Part shown: one piece after another, positions 1 to 13,509 of the stretch
Layout: every line of letters starts with the position of its first letter
Position numbering within the stretch: the stretch's first letter is position 1
NCBI RefSeq assembly: GCF_963921235.1
Contig: NC_086118.1
Span: 15,006,001-15,070,000, forward strand
Origin: Mobula hypostoma
Lineage: Eukaryota
Direction of reading: 5' to 3'
Length of the DNA: 64,000 nucleotides
Program-made: the position numbers and the translations under genes
The notes under the pieces: generated by a model
Told to the model about the DNA's origin: nothing
Database searches by the model: none
Seen by the model: only the letters and a program-made list of their open reading frames with translations

Positions 1-360
1 TCTTGTTTCTCCAAATTCCTACGTGATACTCGTAGTCTGAAATTATATTTGTGTTCAGCTTTTAGCAGTCTATCATAAACAAAAAAATACTTGAGGAAGC
101 AACACTCGAAAAAATTTGTTATCCAGTGCTATCAGAAAAATCTTAGTATGATAAGAATTCTCAAGAAAGACAGGATAATCTTTTATCCCCTTCCTCTCTG
201 GAAATAGGTTTCCCACTCTTGGCTCTGGTCCCAGTCATAAGCTGGTATTCTCCAGCAAGCCACTTTTAACAAGTGTTGACAACAATTGAACCTTGGGACT
301 TAAACACAGCAAAACTTCTTTCTTCCCCCATTGTCTTCAAAATATCTAAGGAGGCAAAGT

Positions 361-1435
361 AATCAGAATCAGGTTTAGTATCACCGGCATATGTCGTGAA
401 AATTTAACACTCACATCTACAGTGATGAAATGCTTTGAGAGGTTGGTCATGGCTAGAATCAACATCTGTCTCAGGAAGACCCTGGACCCACTGCAATTTG
501 CCTATAGCCACCATATGTCCACCATTGGCTATTCACAAGGACAATACAAATACCCATGTCAAGATGCTGTTTACTGACCACAGCCCAGTGTTAAAAATAA
601 TCATTCCTACAGTTCTGATCGAAAAGCTCCAAAACCTGGGCCTCTCTACCTTCCTCTGCAACTGGATCCTCCATTCCCTCACCAGAAGACCACAATCTGC
701 GTGAATCACAAATAACATCTCCACCTCACTGATAATCAACACCTCAAGGATGTGTGCTTAGCCCAGCGCTCTACTCTCTCTATATCCATGTCTGTCATGC
801 TAGGCACAGCTCAAATGCCATCTATAAATTTGCTAGCTTGGACCTAACATATCAATGCAGATACAAAGGCACAAGAGCAGCTATATCTCATTTGGAGTTT
901 GAGGAGATCTGGTACGTCACCTAAAGCACTTGCAAGTTTCTAGAAATGTACCATGGATTGCATTCTAACTGGCTGCGTCAACATCTGGAATTGGGGTTGG
1001 GGAGCTACCGCACAAGATTGAATTAAGCTACAGAGAGTTGTAACCTTAGTCAGCTCCATCATGGACACTAGCCTTCATAGTATCCAGTTCATCTTCAAGG
1101 AACAATACCTCAAAAAGGTGGCATCCATCATTAAGGACCCCCATCACCAAGGTCATGCCTTGTTCTCATTGCTACCATCAGGAAGGAGGTACAAAAGACT
1201 AAGGTAAATATGCAATGATTCAGAAACAGTTTCTTCCTCTCTGCTATCTGATTTCTGAATGGACATTGAATTTTTCAATTTCTATTTTTGTACTACTTGT
1301 TTAATTTAACTATTTAATTATATATACCTAATGTAGTTCAGTTTTTTCTCTGTTATGTATGCATTGTACTGCTGTCACAAATTAAACAGATTTTGCGACA
1401 TATGCTGGTGATATTAAACTTGATTCTGATTCTGA
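361..1435 (+). mobile_element. Rex1/Babar-type non-LTR retrotransposon, 5'-truncated and decayed, with an inverted copy of its 3' end at 361-405
   Basis: Frames give [36 protein letters not shown] and LLPSGRRY. Ends in taaacttgattctgattctga. 361-405 is the reverse complement of that tail. Confidence 0.8.
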
Positions 1436-2226
1436 CACAACTATCGTTTGCAGAATTTCAGATAGTGTCAAGAAGGCACACAGGAGTGAGATAGATCAGC
1501 TGATTGAGTAGTATAACAGCAACAAGTAAGACCAAAGAATTGATTATAGACTTCAGAAAGGGTAAGACAAGGGAACAAACACCAGTCCTCATAGAGGGAG
1601 CAGAATTTGAAAGGATGAGCAATTTCAGCTTCCTGGGTGTCAACATCTCTAAGGCCCAACATATCAATGCTGTTTTGAAGAAGGCACAACTGCAGCTATA
1701 TTTCATTAGGAGTTTCAGGAAGTTTTGTATGTCACCAAAGACACTCACCGTGGAGAGCATTCTAATGGGCTGCATCGCTGCCTGGTATATAGAGACTGCT
1801 GCACAGGATCAAAATAAGCTGCAGAAAGTTGTAAACTCAGTTAGCCCCATCATGGGCACGAGCCTCTCCAGCATCCAGGACATCAAAATGGAGCATCCAT
1901 CAGAAGGACCCCAACCATAACTTCTCTCATTGCTACCATCAGGGGCATGAAGGCATACACTTAACGATTCAGGAACAGCTTCTTCCCCTCTGCCCATCGG
2001 ATTTCTGAATAGAGATTGAACTCATGACACTCCCTCACTACTTCCCGCCCCCCCTTTTTGCACTAATTTTTTAATTTAATGTTTGCATAACACACATATA
2101 TACACACACAGTTACGTACATATATACACACACACACTTTTTACTGTAAGTTTTTATGTATTGCAATCTACTCTTGCTGCATAACAACAATTTTCACGAT
2201 ATATACCAGTGATATTAAACCTAACT
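1436..2226 (+). mobile_element. Rex1/Babar-type 3' fragment
   Basis: ORF 1504-1920 has KTKELIIDFRK, FSFLGVNIS, KKAQLQLYFIRSFRKF and VESILMGCIAAWY. 3' UTR ends gtgatattaaacc. Confidence 0.8.
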
Positions 2227-3053
2227 GATTATCAGTTTTTGCTATAACGTGCTTTGGGAGTATATTTCTTCAATTTACAAATCTATTTTTCACTATAAAA
2301 ATAGTGCTGTGTGTAGGCAGACCTCATACCAAAATGCTTAATGCGTTTCACCCAGTCTTTTCAATTTACAAAATTCATTTAAAATGTTTTCTGAGAAACG
2401 CAGCCCACTTAAAAATGTAGGGATGACTCATCTGGGAAACAATGCTGCAGTAAATGTGAAATCTTCCTCAAAATGAATGCATTCAATCAAATACACAAAC
2501 ACAAGAGAATCTACAAATGTTGGAAAACCAGAGAAATCAAAAGTCTAGAAGCTAATTCAGCAGGCCACTTTGAAATACTGTACCACTTGCCTGCAAAATT
2601 AAGCCTTTTGAAACTTATTAAAATCAGTTTAGTCATGCATGTCCAACATTAAAATATACAGCAAAAGCTGCAGATTGAAACTGATCTTTGAAAAGTTACA
2701 AATGGACAATCAGAATAGCTGAGTGAAAATGAAAGCCAACATTGGTGATATACAGACAGGAATTCTTTAGCAGCTAACAATGCCACCGTTGTTATTTTCA
2801 GTGAACTCATTGTTACCTCTATCTACAGTATGCTAACTGACATTTGAATTGATTTGCTTCACTGCCCAGCATTCATCTCAACAGAAAATGCAGGTCAATG
2901 ACTTGGTGGAATTTCCCTGCAAGGTGACTCACAGGTACATAGAGCAGAAACAAATAAACAATAAATGTTCAAAATAATCGGCCTAAAATCAACCACCTGT
3001 TATTTTATCTATTATAGGGCCATTTGCAGAGAGGGACAATATATCCACAATGT

Positions 3054-3845
3054 TGTTACGCAATGTGATTCGATTGTCCAGCTCGGTAAGTCAGAAAGTC
3101 ACAGACCCCAAATATCTACTTAGAACTATGTTTATTGAAACAGCCTAAAGCATTAAAATACTTATCCAAGGGCTTATGCAAGGTCATGGGTCCCTTGCAC
3201 TGCAGCTCACCTCTCACTCTGTCTAATCCATGATCCAGCCCATTGGTGAGGACCCAGTAACCCCCCCCCCCCCCCGCTTCTTGTCCAGGAACCCTAAACC
3301 CTTTGGTATGGACACAAGATGGTGTCCTATCTTTACCCTTCAGAGGGTCCAACTCGTCCATCCAGTCCATCAGGATTCCATGGTCTGCCAGCAGACTGGC
3401 CAGTTCGCCAAACCTCCGTTTCCCCCTTTACAACCATTGCAGAAAGCTCGGATACCTGCAACAGCAGCACTCTACTGGCAGATGGCGCCCTCCTGCTTTG
3501 CACCTGTCAAGGTGAGGCCAGGGCTCCCGGCAGGACTGTTTGGTGAACCTTTCCTAGTGGGAGACCTGAGGTCTTGCATGCTCGTTATGGTCTACTGGGG
3601 AAAGGAGAATGTGCAACACTAGATGGCACTAGTATACCGGGGTCTCACCGATGGGCTGGTTCGTGAATGGCGTGGTGGATCAGGAAGAGCGAGAAGTGTG
3701 CTGTAGTTTGAAGAACCCATGCACATATAGTTAAGTGTTTTTGAGCTTACTCTATGCTGTCTCAATAAATGTAGTTTGAAGTAGATAATTGAAGCCTGAG
3801 CCTTTCTGTCTTACCGAAATAGACTCTCGAACCCTTTGCATAACA
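3054..3845. mobile_element. Non-autonomous element with ~205-bp LTR-like terminal inverted repeats (Gypsy-derived or Ginger-like), 5-bp TSD
   Basis: Termini TGTTACGCAA / TTGCATAACA. AATGT duplicated at 3049-3053 and 3846-3850. 3054-3259 aligns with the reverse complement of 3634-3845. Confidence 0.75.
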
Positions 3846-4602
3846 AATGTGCAGGAAAGGGCAACATTAATAGGAATTAATTCATTAGCCCCACCAACCA
3901 GACAAGTTTACTTGGTTATGGCTCCAGTTCCAGACAAGGAATTCTTCAAAGCTAGCTTGCATGGTTATTCAGCCCTGGAACTTATTCACATTATTTAGCA
4001 TCTGATCCCATCAGAGCCTCATGGCTGGAGACTCTAAGCAGTAATGAAGAGATGAATTTCATCAACATAACTGAAGGTGTGTTGTTTGTACATTTAAACC
4101 CATCCCAAGGCATGTTCTGGAATGGAATGAGTGCATCAGGGCACCTATTCATTGTTTTGGTATGTGAGCTGCCACGACACTGCAACAGTAACTTGGGTTC
4201 AGTTCTAGTTCTGTGCAAAAGTGCCAGGAAGTTCATTGGTCACCCATAAACTGACCCTAGTACGTTGGTGTGTGGTAGAATCTGGGTGAAGTTGACAGAG
4301 TGAAGGAAGAATAAAAAGATTAAGATTAGTGTAAAAAGATACTTGCTGGTCGGAAAAGACTGTTTCCATGTCTCAAATATTTTATTCCATTAAAATTGCC
4401 TTGGCCACAGCAGTGAATGTTTTCATGTAAGGAAATACACAGTTTGACATACTTGTCACACATTTGGATTCTGGAAGTCAGCCATAAGATTGAAGACAAG
4501 AGTAATGTGAGTGCAGCTTCCTATTTGGCTATGCATAGACTGCCCAAGATTACCATCGTGGAAACTTGAAGATTACCATCGTTCACGAAGGAGGGAGAAA
4601 TT

Positions 4603-5885
4603 GAACACAGAACATAGAACAGTACAGGCCCTTCGGCCCATAATGCTGTGCCGACCCTTAAACCTGCCTCCCATATAACCCCCCACCTTAAATTCCTCCA
4701 TATACCTGTCTAGTAGTCTCTTAAATTTCACCAGTGTATCTGCCTCCACCACTGACTCAGGCAATGCATAAAAAAACCTTCCTCTAATATCCCTCTTAAA
4801 CGTCCCACCCCTTATCTTAAAGCTATGTCCTCTTGTATTGAGCAGTGGTGCCCTGGGGAAGAGGCGCTGGCTGTCCACTCTATCTATTCCTCTTAATATC
4901 TTGTATACCTCTATCACGTCCCCTCTCATCCTCCTTCTCTCTTGAGAGTAAAGCTCCCTTAATCTCTGATCATAATGCATTCTCTCTAAACCAGGCAGCA
5001 TCCTGGTAAATCTCCTCTGTACCCTTTCCAATGCTTCCACATCCTGCGTATAGTGAGGCAACCAGAACTGGACACAGTATTCCAAGTGTGGCCTCACCAG
5101 AATTTTATAGAGCTGAATCATTACCTCACGACTCTTAAGCTCTATCCCTCAACCTATGAAAGCTAACACCCCATAATCTTTCTTAACTACCCTATCTACC
5201 TGTGAGGCAACTTTCAGGGATCTGTGGACATGTACCCCAGATCCCTCTGCTCCTCCACACTTCCAAGTATCCTGCTATTTACTTTGTACTTTGCCTTGGA
5301 GTTGCTCCTTCCAAAGTGTACCACCTCACACTTCTCCAGGTTGAACTCCATCTGCCACTTCTCAGCCAACTTCTGCATCCTATCAATGTCTCTCTGCAAT
5401 CTTCGACAATCCTCTACACTATCCACAACACCACCAACTTTTGTGTAGTCTGCAAACTTGCCAACCCACCCTTCTACCCCATCATCCAGGTCGTTAATAA
5501 AAATCACGAAAAGTAGAGGTCCCAGAACAGATCCTTGTGGGACACCACTAGTCACAACCCTCCAGTCCGAAAGTACTCCCTCCACCATGACCTTCTGCTT
5601 TCTGCAGGCAAACCAATTCTGAGACCACCTGGCCAAACTTCCCTGGATCCCATGCCTTCTGACTTTCTGAATAAGCCTATCATATGGAACCTTGTCAAAT
5701 GCCTTACTAAAATCCATGTAGATCACATCCACTGCACTACCCTCATCTATATGATCGGTCACCTCCTCAAAGAACTCTATCAGGCTTGTTAGACACGATC
5801 TGCCCTTCACAAAGCCATTCCCTAAATGCCCATAGATCCTATCTCTAAGAATCTTTTTCAACAGCTTTCCCAGCACAGACGTAAA
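4603..5885 (-). mobile_element. CR1 LINE, 5'-truncated ORF2 (RT and C-terminus), frameshifted
   Basis: ORF 5214-5876 has YMDFSKAFDKVP, SGVPQGSVLGPLLFVIFINDL and KFADYTK. ORF 4573-5121 has VRPHLEYCVQFW and RGDVIEVYKI. (TTCTATG)n-like tail. Confidence 0.92.
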
Positions 5886-6662
5886 TTGGGGAATGGAAAT
5901 TTTAGCACTGGGATAAAGTTTCTCCTGCAGTGAAGTGAGGGTGGAGGTAGTGGGTCCTCATGAGTTTGTAAAGTTCCCTCACACTCCCTTGACTTTCCAG
6001 GCCAATGTTGTGGAATTAGGACCATCTTTTAACACCAATTCCCACTGAAAAGGTTTTCCAGAATGCTGTTGTCCAAGATACCCAACAGCGATTGAAAACA
6101 GGGTCACAAGGATGACTATCTACCAAATGCCTCCATTCGAATTTCATGTAGCGCCAAGATGTAACCAAAAGTCACAAGTGCGACGTTTTCTTAGTTTAAC
6201 CAATTTTCAATCATAGGGTGCTTAATAAAACCACAAATCTATGTGATTCTCAGTTGCACTGAAATTTAATTATTATGCCCCAATTAAAATGAATTGCACA
6301 GTTTGAAACTTAAAGAACAATCACAGCACTATGAACCAATGGTTGTAAAATGCTCTTTCTGTCTGTCTCAGTGCCAGTTTAGTCTAGCTCTTTTCAGAAT
6401 TCCTGACTTAGTTCCCCCTTCACACACACACTCCCATTATTGGAGCACCTCACAAATGCTACAGAGCCCTATTACCTTAGAAAACAAAGGCCCACAAAAA
6501 TTAATGACGTTTTAAAATGGCATAGTACTACAGGGTTACTGCTCTCCAATACTGAGCAATCCTGTGGTATGCTAAGATTGGGCCTTGTTTTCCTTCTGTA
6601 TGACTGATTGCTCATTAATTTACAGAATACAAGTTATGGATGCAGTTACAGCCATACATTGC

Positions 6663-7223
6663 TGTTGTGGTGTGGAGGAAATCACCGGAGAGACGGAGTT
6701 ACTGGTAGATACAAAGCAGCTTCTTTATTCGACACAACAAGGTACAGCAGGCATCATATGGACAGGTCTGCTAGCCCAAAGTGGGCTCAATATTTATTTG
6801 CTAAAAGCAAAGGACAATTCCTATTTACAAAGTTATAGACAATGCATAAACAATGCTTCCTTTTGAAGCTACATACAAAACATCACACCTTCTGACTTCA
6901 TCGTTTCCTCCCAATGCCAACATGTCTGGGCTGGTAGTCACTGCCTTTAGGAGTGCAAGTCAAATCCACACTACATTTATTTGGTATTTTATGAGCTAAC
7001 ATAGAGGACAATTCATATTTATAAACTATGGATTAGGCTGTCTTCGAAACTACCAGTAAACTTCAGACTTCCATCCACAGCGTCTGGCTAGTATTCTGAT
7101 ATTCACAGCTTTTAGGAAATGCACTGTTGTGAATTCAATCCACAGTACTTTGTCAAACAGAAGACTGGTGGCCAGAGTCATTTAAGTGTAAATGAATCAC
7201 CTACCCAAAAACTCACTCTAACA
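6663..7223 (-). mobile_element. Solo LTR, 561 bp, 5-bp TSD
   Basis: TGTT...AACA termini. ATTGC at 6658-6662 and 7224-7228. Minus-strand AATAAA at 6724-6729 near the minus-strand 3' end. Confidence 0.8.
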
Positions 7224-7596
7224 ATTGCCATGCACATTGGGGGACTACTTGGTGTGAGGTTGATAAAGACAACACTGAAGTAACATTTTGACCTTTTTCA
7301 TACTGTACCTACTAAGAAACCTTGAAAAAAAAATCAAAGAATAACTCCTGCTGAGGCTGCAGCAAAGACAGGGCAGGACAGCCAGTGCAGACTTAGGGGA
7401 CACTTTAACTATCTCCTACTCAATCTTCAGAAGACAGACTAGGATGTTGAGGGTAAATGTCTCTTTAGCATTGTAAATGTACCCCTCTGGCAGCTTTTTC
7501 CATATACCCATTACCATCTGTATGAAAAAGTGGTCACTAAGATTCTTTTCAATCCTTCTTTCTCAGTTTAACTCTATGTCTTCCAGTTTTAGTTTA

Positions 7597-7985
7597 CTTT
7601 ATTGTTGCCAAACAATTGATACTAGAGCGTACAATCATCACAGCAATATTTGATTCTGGGCTTCACGCTCCCTGGAGTACAAATCGATAGTAAATATTAA
7701 AAATTTAAATTATAAATCATAAATAGAAAATAGAAAAAGGAAAGTACGGTAGTGCAAAAAAACTGAGAGGCAGGTCCGGATATTTGGAGGGTACGAACCA
7801 GATCCAGGTCAGGATCCGTTCAGCAGTCTTATCACAGTTGGAAAGAAGCTGTTCCCAAATCTGGCCTTAAGACTATTCAAGCTCCTAAGCCTTCTCCCGG
7901 AGGGAAGAGGGACGAAAAGTGTGTTGGCTGGGTGAGTCGTGTCCTTGATTATCCTGGCAGCACTGCTCGGGCAGCGTGCGGTGTT
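7597..7985 (-). mobile_element. Rex1-type 3' fragment inserted in a decayed CR1 3' fragment (~7470-8140)
   Basis: Minus strand encodes FVPLPSGRRLRSL..RFGNSFFPTVIRLLN, followed by a 3' UTR with aataaa. Flanks resemble the CR1 3' region. Confidence 0.65.
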
Positions 7986-9559
7986 AACTCCCTTATCTTG
8001 GGAAAAAGACTGATCATTCTCCCCTTCAATGCCGCATATGATTTTATAAATCTCTAGAATTTCACCAATCCTACCCTCCAGGGGTAAAAAATAGTCTCAT
8101 TCAATCCAATCTGTCTTTATAGCTGTAGCCCTATAAATCTAGTAATAGCTTCTCAAATCATTATCCCAGCCATGAAGCTGGTGTATGGCTTCCTAACCCT
8201 ACTTACAGGACAGGAAACAGTGCTGAGTACTAACACAGGACCGCCCCCCCCCCCCAACTCTCCATAAAAATCCTTAAGACCATAATACGTAGAAGCAGAA
8301 TTAGATCACACATCCAACTGAGTCTGCTCTGCCATTCGATCATGAGGTGCCTGCCTTGAGATTAGGCATTCTCAATGTCTACAGCCAATTTGCCTTCTCT
8401 CCCTCATTGTCTTCTCAAACTTCTGGTTATGGCAAGTTTCACCATCCGTCTGGCTGACTGCCAGGTTAAATTTAAACAGAATCTCCACCTTCCGCTATTC
8501 CCAACTGACGGACACCTGCATTCAAGACCACATCCTAGTAAATACTAGTGCCATATTGCTGATTAAATAGCTTCAATTAGTGTAATTATCTTTGGGTGAG
8601 GTGAGGTTTTCAGACTGGAGGGCACAAAGATTCTGATTAAAATCAAGTCTTTTTTTGACACAAGCTAGAAAGAGATGATGGAAATTCTCTCGACTCTAGC
8701 TTTGCCAGTTTGCAAAGATATAAAAAATCATGAAAGGGGTCAGAACACATCTACAAGAGAAACTACCAAATTTTCAGGGTGGAAACCCTTCATCAGAACT
8801 CCTATCTGAAACATAGACTGTTTCTCTTTCCACAGCTGCCTGATCTGCCAAAAGTTTATAACATTGTTTCTGTTTTAGATTTCTGGCTTTTTTGTTTATT
8901 TCAAGGTTAGCTGTGGTCATGGCGGAAGGAAGACACCATTTTGGGAACCAAGCCAGCTACAGGTCTTTTTAGCCAGAAGATTTTAACCCTGCTTCTCTGC
9001 AGAAAACAGCATCCAATTACAGTGTATTGCATTTTCATTTTCTGCAGCATCTCACTCTCCAATGTGCCCTCAATTCCCACCCCCATTACTGCTCCCTCCA
9101 ATATTTAGCTTACATTAATAATGTGCACAAGCCAAGACTCAGATCAGAAGTTATGCATCTTGTTAAGTTGCCATCATGAACCTCAAGACAAACTGGATGA
9201 CACACAAAGGCTGAGTGTCCAATAGAATGGAATGAAAAACATGGAGACAAGACATATAAGAGAATGCACCTTGTAAAAGACCAGAAACCGTTCTGAAGCA
9301 GGCTTTCTCGTTAAAATATTGATTTAAACTCTATTATTTTGGTTTACAGACAGGAAGCCTTGATGACCTGAGTGAAATTTAGTCCATTTTAATGGTCCAA
9401 AATCATTAAATGCCAATGACTAGAGACACCATGTCACAGAAGGCTGCCACTGGGAATGCAAAGGAATGAGTCCAACACAAGGCGAAGGATGCCAGAGCAG
9501 GTTGCAAAAATGTCATGGTTGGAAGGAGGAGGAAAGTTTAGTCCTCTTGCTAAAGCTAA

Positions 9560-10300
9560 TGTTGTTCTTTTGTTTCCAAAGAGTACAAACCAATAGGCCA
9601 GAGAGACTTAAGACAGTGGTAGAGATATTTTGAGAAGGTTCTTTGAAACAGGATTTACTCTCATTTGAAAAAAACATGGACTTGAGACAACATGGCTTTG
9701 TATATGGGAGGTCCTATCTCAAAAATCATGATTGAGTTTTTTGAAGAATGAACAAAGATGATTGATGAGGGTAGGGCAATGGATCTTGGCAAAGCATTTC
9801 GAAAAGCACCTCATTATAGACTGGCTCAGAAGATTAACTCACATGGGAGACATGGTGAATTGGTAAATGGGGTTGAAATTTGGCTTGGTTATAGGATGAA
9901 AGGATATAATTTTCTGCAGGAGTTCTGTGACTATATAGGGTGGTAAGGTCGCCTAGATATGTTTGCCTTCATTGGTCAGGGCATGGAGTACAAGTTGTTT
10001 AAAGCTTTGGCTAGGTCACATTGGGAGGATCATATGCAGCTGTGGCTGCTGCAAGATGGTAAAGATGTAAAGGTTTTTGAGTGAGGACAGAAGATGTTCC
10101 CAGGTTGTTGCCTGAATGGAAGTATATTAGCCAGAATGAGAGGTTGGTCAAACTCTCAATGTTTTTCCCCTGGGGTTTCGGAGACTGATAGATGAAGGTT
10201 CACCTGATAGAAATTTTTTTTAAATATGACAGGAATAGATGACATAGTTAGTCTTTTTCTCCCAGGACAGAAATGTCAGATACACAAGAATAGAGGTTGA
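9560..10300 (+). mobile_element. Heavily decayed CR1 ORF2 fragment
   Basis: HGFV.GRS, IEFFEE..KMIDEGRA, KAF.K.PH.RL.QKI..HG remnants. Confidence 0.7.
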
Positions 10301-10339
10301 TACATTCCCACCAATGAACACACCACCCCCTCATGATTC

Positions 10340-10550
10340 TGTCACTTACATGCACATTAACAGCAATTTACACTAACCAATTAACCTTTCAACTTTGTGT
10401 CTTCAGGATATAGAAGGGGACAGACCACTTGGAAGAAATCAAGGTAGGTAGAAGGAACTTGAACTCCACAGAACAACAGACTGGAAGTCAGGGTTGAAAC
10501 CAGTTCATTAGAACTGTGAGGCAGCAGCTCCTCCCCAGCTGCACCACTGC
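10340..10550 (-). mobile_element. Decayed V-SINE-like element
   Basis: Reverse complement resembles the 39035-39310 SINE (tRNA-like head, V-domain remnant). Confidence 0.5.
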
Positions 10551-10996
10551 TTCTCTTCATAATGATGTCAAGGGATTTCTTACGTGCGTGCAAAGGAACA
10601 GACGAAGTTTCAGTTCCAATTGCTCATCTCATAGTGCACAATGCCTCAGAATTGGAACAGCAAAGGAGAACCAGCAAAGATTTTTGCACTCAAATCACTG
10701 GAGGCAAGTTACTGCACAGGGAGCAATATCTAGCATTTGTGTCTATCTGTAGCTTGTAAAACAGGGTTAAATTTATCGATTGCACTTTTAACTATTTCAC
10801 GTGAATATTTCATGCTGAAGTTAAGATGAGGGAGGTAACAACTGGTACCTCAGGGGAAACAAATACAGTACACTTAAGAGACCTGTCAAAAGTGGCTTAT
10901 TTTAAATTTTATTGGTATAAGATGTTTGATTCAACACTGAAAATATGCCTTAGGGAAGTAAGAATACTTCAAATGATTAGTCTACTTTTAACAAGG

Positions 10997-11660
10997 TTCA
11001 AAATTCAAAGTTAAATTGATTGTCAGAGTACATACATGTCACCACATACAAACCTGAGATTCTTTTTCTGTGGGTGGACATAGCAAATCTATAGAACATT
11101 AACTGTAAACAGAATCACGAACAACTGTACAAATATAAATAAATTGCAATAAATAACAAGCATGAAATAACAAGATACAGCCCTTAAAGTGAGACCATCG
11201 GCTGCGGGAACACCAGAAGTAGAATGAGTGTAGTTATCCCCTTTTGCTCAAGAGCCTAATGGCTGACAGGTTGTAACTGTTCCTGAACCTGGTGGTGCGA
11301 ATCCTGAGGCACTTGTACTTTCTGCCTGACGGCAGCAGTGAGAAAACAGCATGGGTGGTGAGTTTTTTTGGTATAATGAATGCTGCTTTTCTACAGTAAG
11401 TTTTCATGTAGATGTGCTCAATGGTTGGGAGGGTATAACCCGTGATGAACTGGGCCAAATCCACCACCTTTTGTAGGATTTTCTGCTCAAAGGCATTGGT
11501 GCTCCCATACCAGGCCATCATGTAGCCAATAAGCACACTTTCCACCACATCTATAGAAGTTTGCCAAGGATTTTGATGACATTTCAAATCTCTGTAGACT
11601 CCTGAGAAAGTAGAGGAGCTGTTGTGCTTTCTTGGCAATTATATTAAAATAGATCCTGGA
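10997..11660 (-). mobile_element. Rex1/Babar-type 3' fragment
   Basis: ORFs 11234-11638 and 11487-11732 have KKAQQLLYFLRSL, VESVLIGYMMAWYG and LLPSGRKYKCLRIRTTRFRNSY. (TTGAA)n-type tail. Confidence 0.8.
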
Positions 11661-11812
11661 TTTCCTCACTATTACTAAAAATTTATAGACAAATAATTGC
11701 AACTGATACACATCAATAGGAACTATAACCACTTTGGATACTTAAATATTTGAAGTTCATTAGTACCTTTCACATGCGCAAGTGCTCCCAAAGCTCTAGA
11801 AATTGAGTCACG

Positions 11813-12400
11813 CAACACACGTAAAAGTTGCTGGTGAACGCAGCAGGCCAGGCAGCATCTCTAGGAAGAGGTACAGTCGATGTTTCGGGCCAAAACCCTT
11901 CATCAAGACTAACTGAAAGAAGAGTTAGTAAGAGATTTGAAAGTGGGAGGGGGAGATTCGAAATGATAGGAGAAGACAGGAGGGGGAGGGATGGACTCAA
12001 GAGCTGGACAGTTGATTGGCAAAAGGGATGTGAGAGGATCATGCAATAGGAGGCCTGGGGAGAAAGAAAAGAGGGAGGGGGGAAAAAAGCCTAGTGGATG
12101 GGCAAGGAATATAGTGAGAGGGACAGAGGGAGAAAAAGGATAGAGAGAAAAAGAATGTGTGTATATAAATAAATAATGGATGGGGTACAAGGGGGAAGTG
12201 GGGCATTAGCGGAAGTTAGAGAAGTCACTGTTCATGCCATCAGGTTGGAGGCTACCCAGACGGAATATAAGTTGCTCCTCCAACCTGAGTGTGGCTTCAT
12301 CTTTACAGTAGAGGAGGCCGTGGATAGACATGTCAGAATGGGAATGGGACATGGAATTAAAATTTGTGGCCACTGGGAGATCCTGCTTTCTCTGGCGGAC
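11813..12400 (-). mobile_element. Penelope-like element (PLE) 3' fragment with 15-bp TSD
   Basis: GIY-YIG C-terminus (DLPVATNFNS..HSHSDMSIHGL..RLEEQLIFRLGSLQPDGMN) plus pLTR. AGAAATTGAGTCAYG at 11798-11812 and 12401-12415. Confidence 0.88.
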
Positions 12401-13509
12401 AGAAATTGAGTCATGTTTGTAATGTAAGATACAGTATTTGCCATTGTATGTATGCACTATTCACAAGAACAGCAGAAATAATTGCCTAGGTTATCCATTT
12501 TCATTGGCATGGCTTGAAGTGTACAACAAGTGGAACTCCCCCTAAATGAGTAGCCCCATGTGTGTTTGTAACTCAGATGAAAGTTAAATGACTGATATGG
12601 AAAGGGCAGCTAATTTAGTTGTCTAATACCCAAAATTAAAACCACCCACAAAGGCTTTCACACTGAAGAAGTGTGCTGATAAATCATTAACTTCTCTCTC
12701 TTAGCTGAGATAATAGTGTGACCCATGTTAAGTGAATGTTTTTTCACATATTCAACTTGAGAATGCCATCAGGTGCACCAAAGGTAGGCTATTTTATAAC
12801 TTTGACTTCATTCAAGCCCATTTGCTGAATATGAAAGGGCATTATCCAAAACACTGCAGCATCCAGTGATATTCATAATTACTTTACATAAAAATCCAAA
12901 GAGGCAGTTTTTCTGAAGAGTCTTTCTGATCTATGGCAGGAAGAGATTCCACAGGAATTTCCCATCATTATCTTTGAACCTACAGCTTAGAGCAGCTGGC
13001 AAAGAACAAGTAGCTTACAGACAGGGTAGAATATTCTCAGCTGAAGGAAAGAAACAAAAAGTGACCAAGTGATCCATCATCAACAAAGTAGAAGGGTTTT
13101 TCCTAATAGAACATTGTTTTGCAACTGGAAGTGCACTGGTAGGAACAGAATGTACCATGTGACATGATCTTGTATCAGACACTGTTGTTCATTTTAAGAA
13201 TAGCTACCTCAAACAAAGAATGTTCTGTTGTTAGCCATGTCTAATCTGAGTAATAGCATTTGCAGAACCTACCGAAGGACACCACAGACACTAAAATGCT
13301 TAACGGAGGTCATCCAATGCGTTTCAAACCTCCAGTGAAACAATTCTCACAAAATAATGAGGGAAATTGTTGATTAACATCAATTAAATGAAAAGGTCAA
13401 AATTAGTGGCACCAGTCAGCTATAAAACCACAATTACTTTGATACGTACCATTATACGCAATAGCACTTTGTATTTGCTTTAGTTTGGAGCTAAAAAAGA
13501 CTAAGGCCA

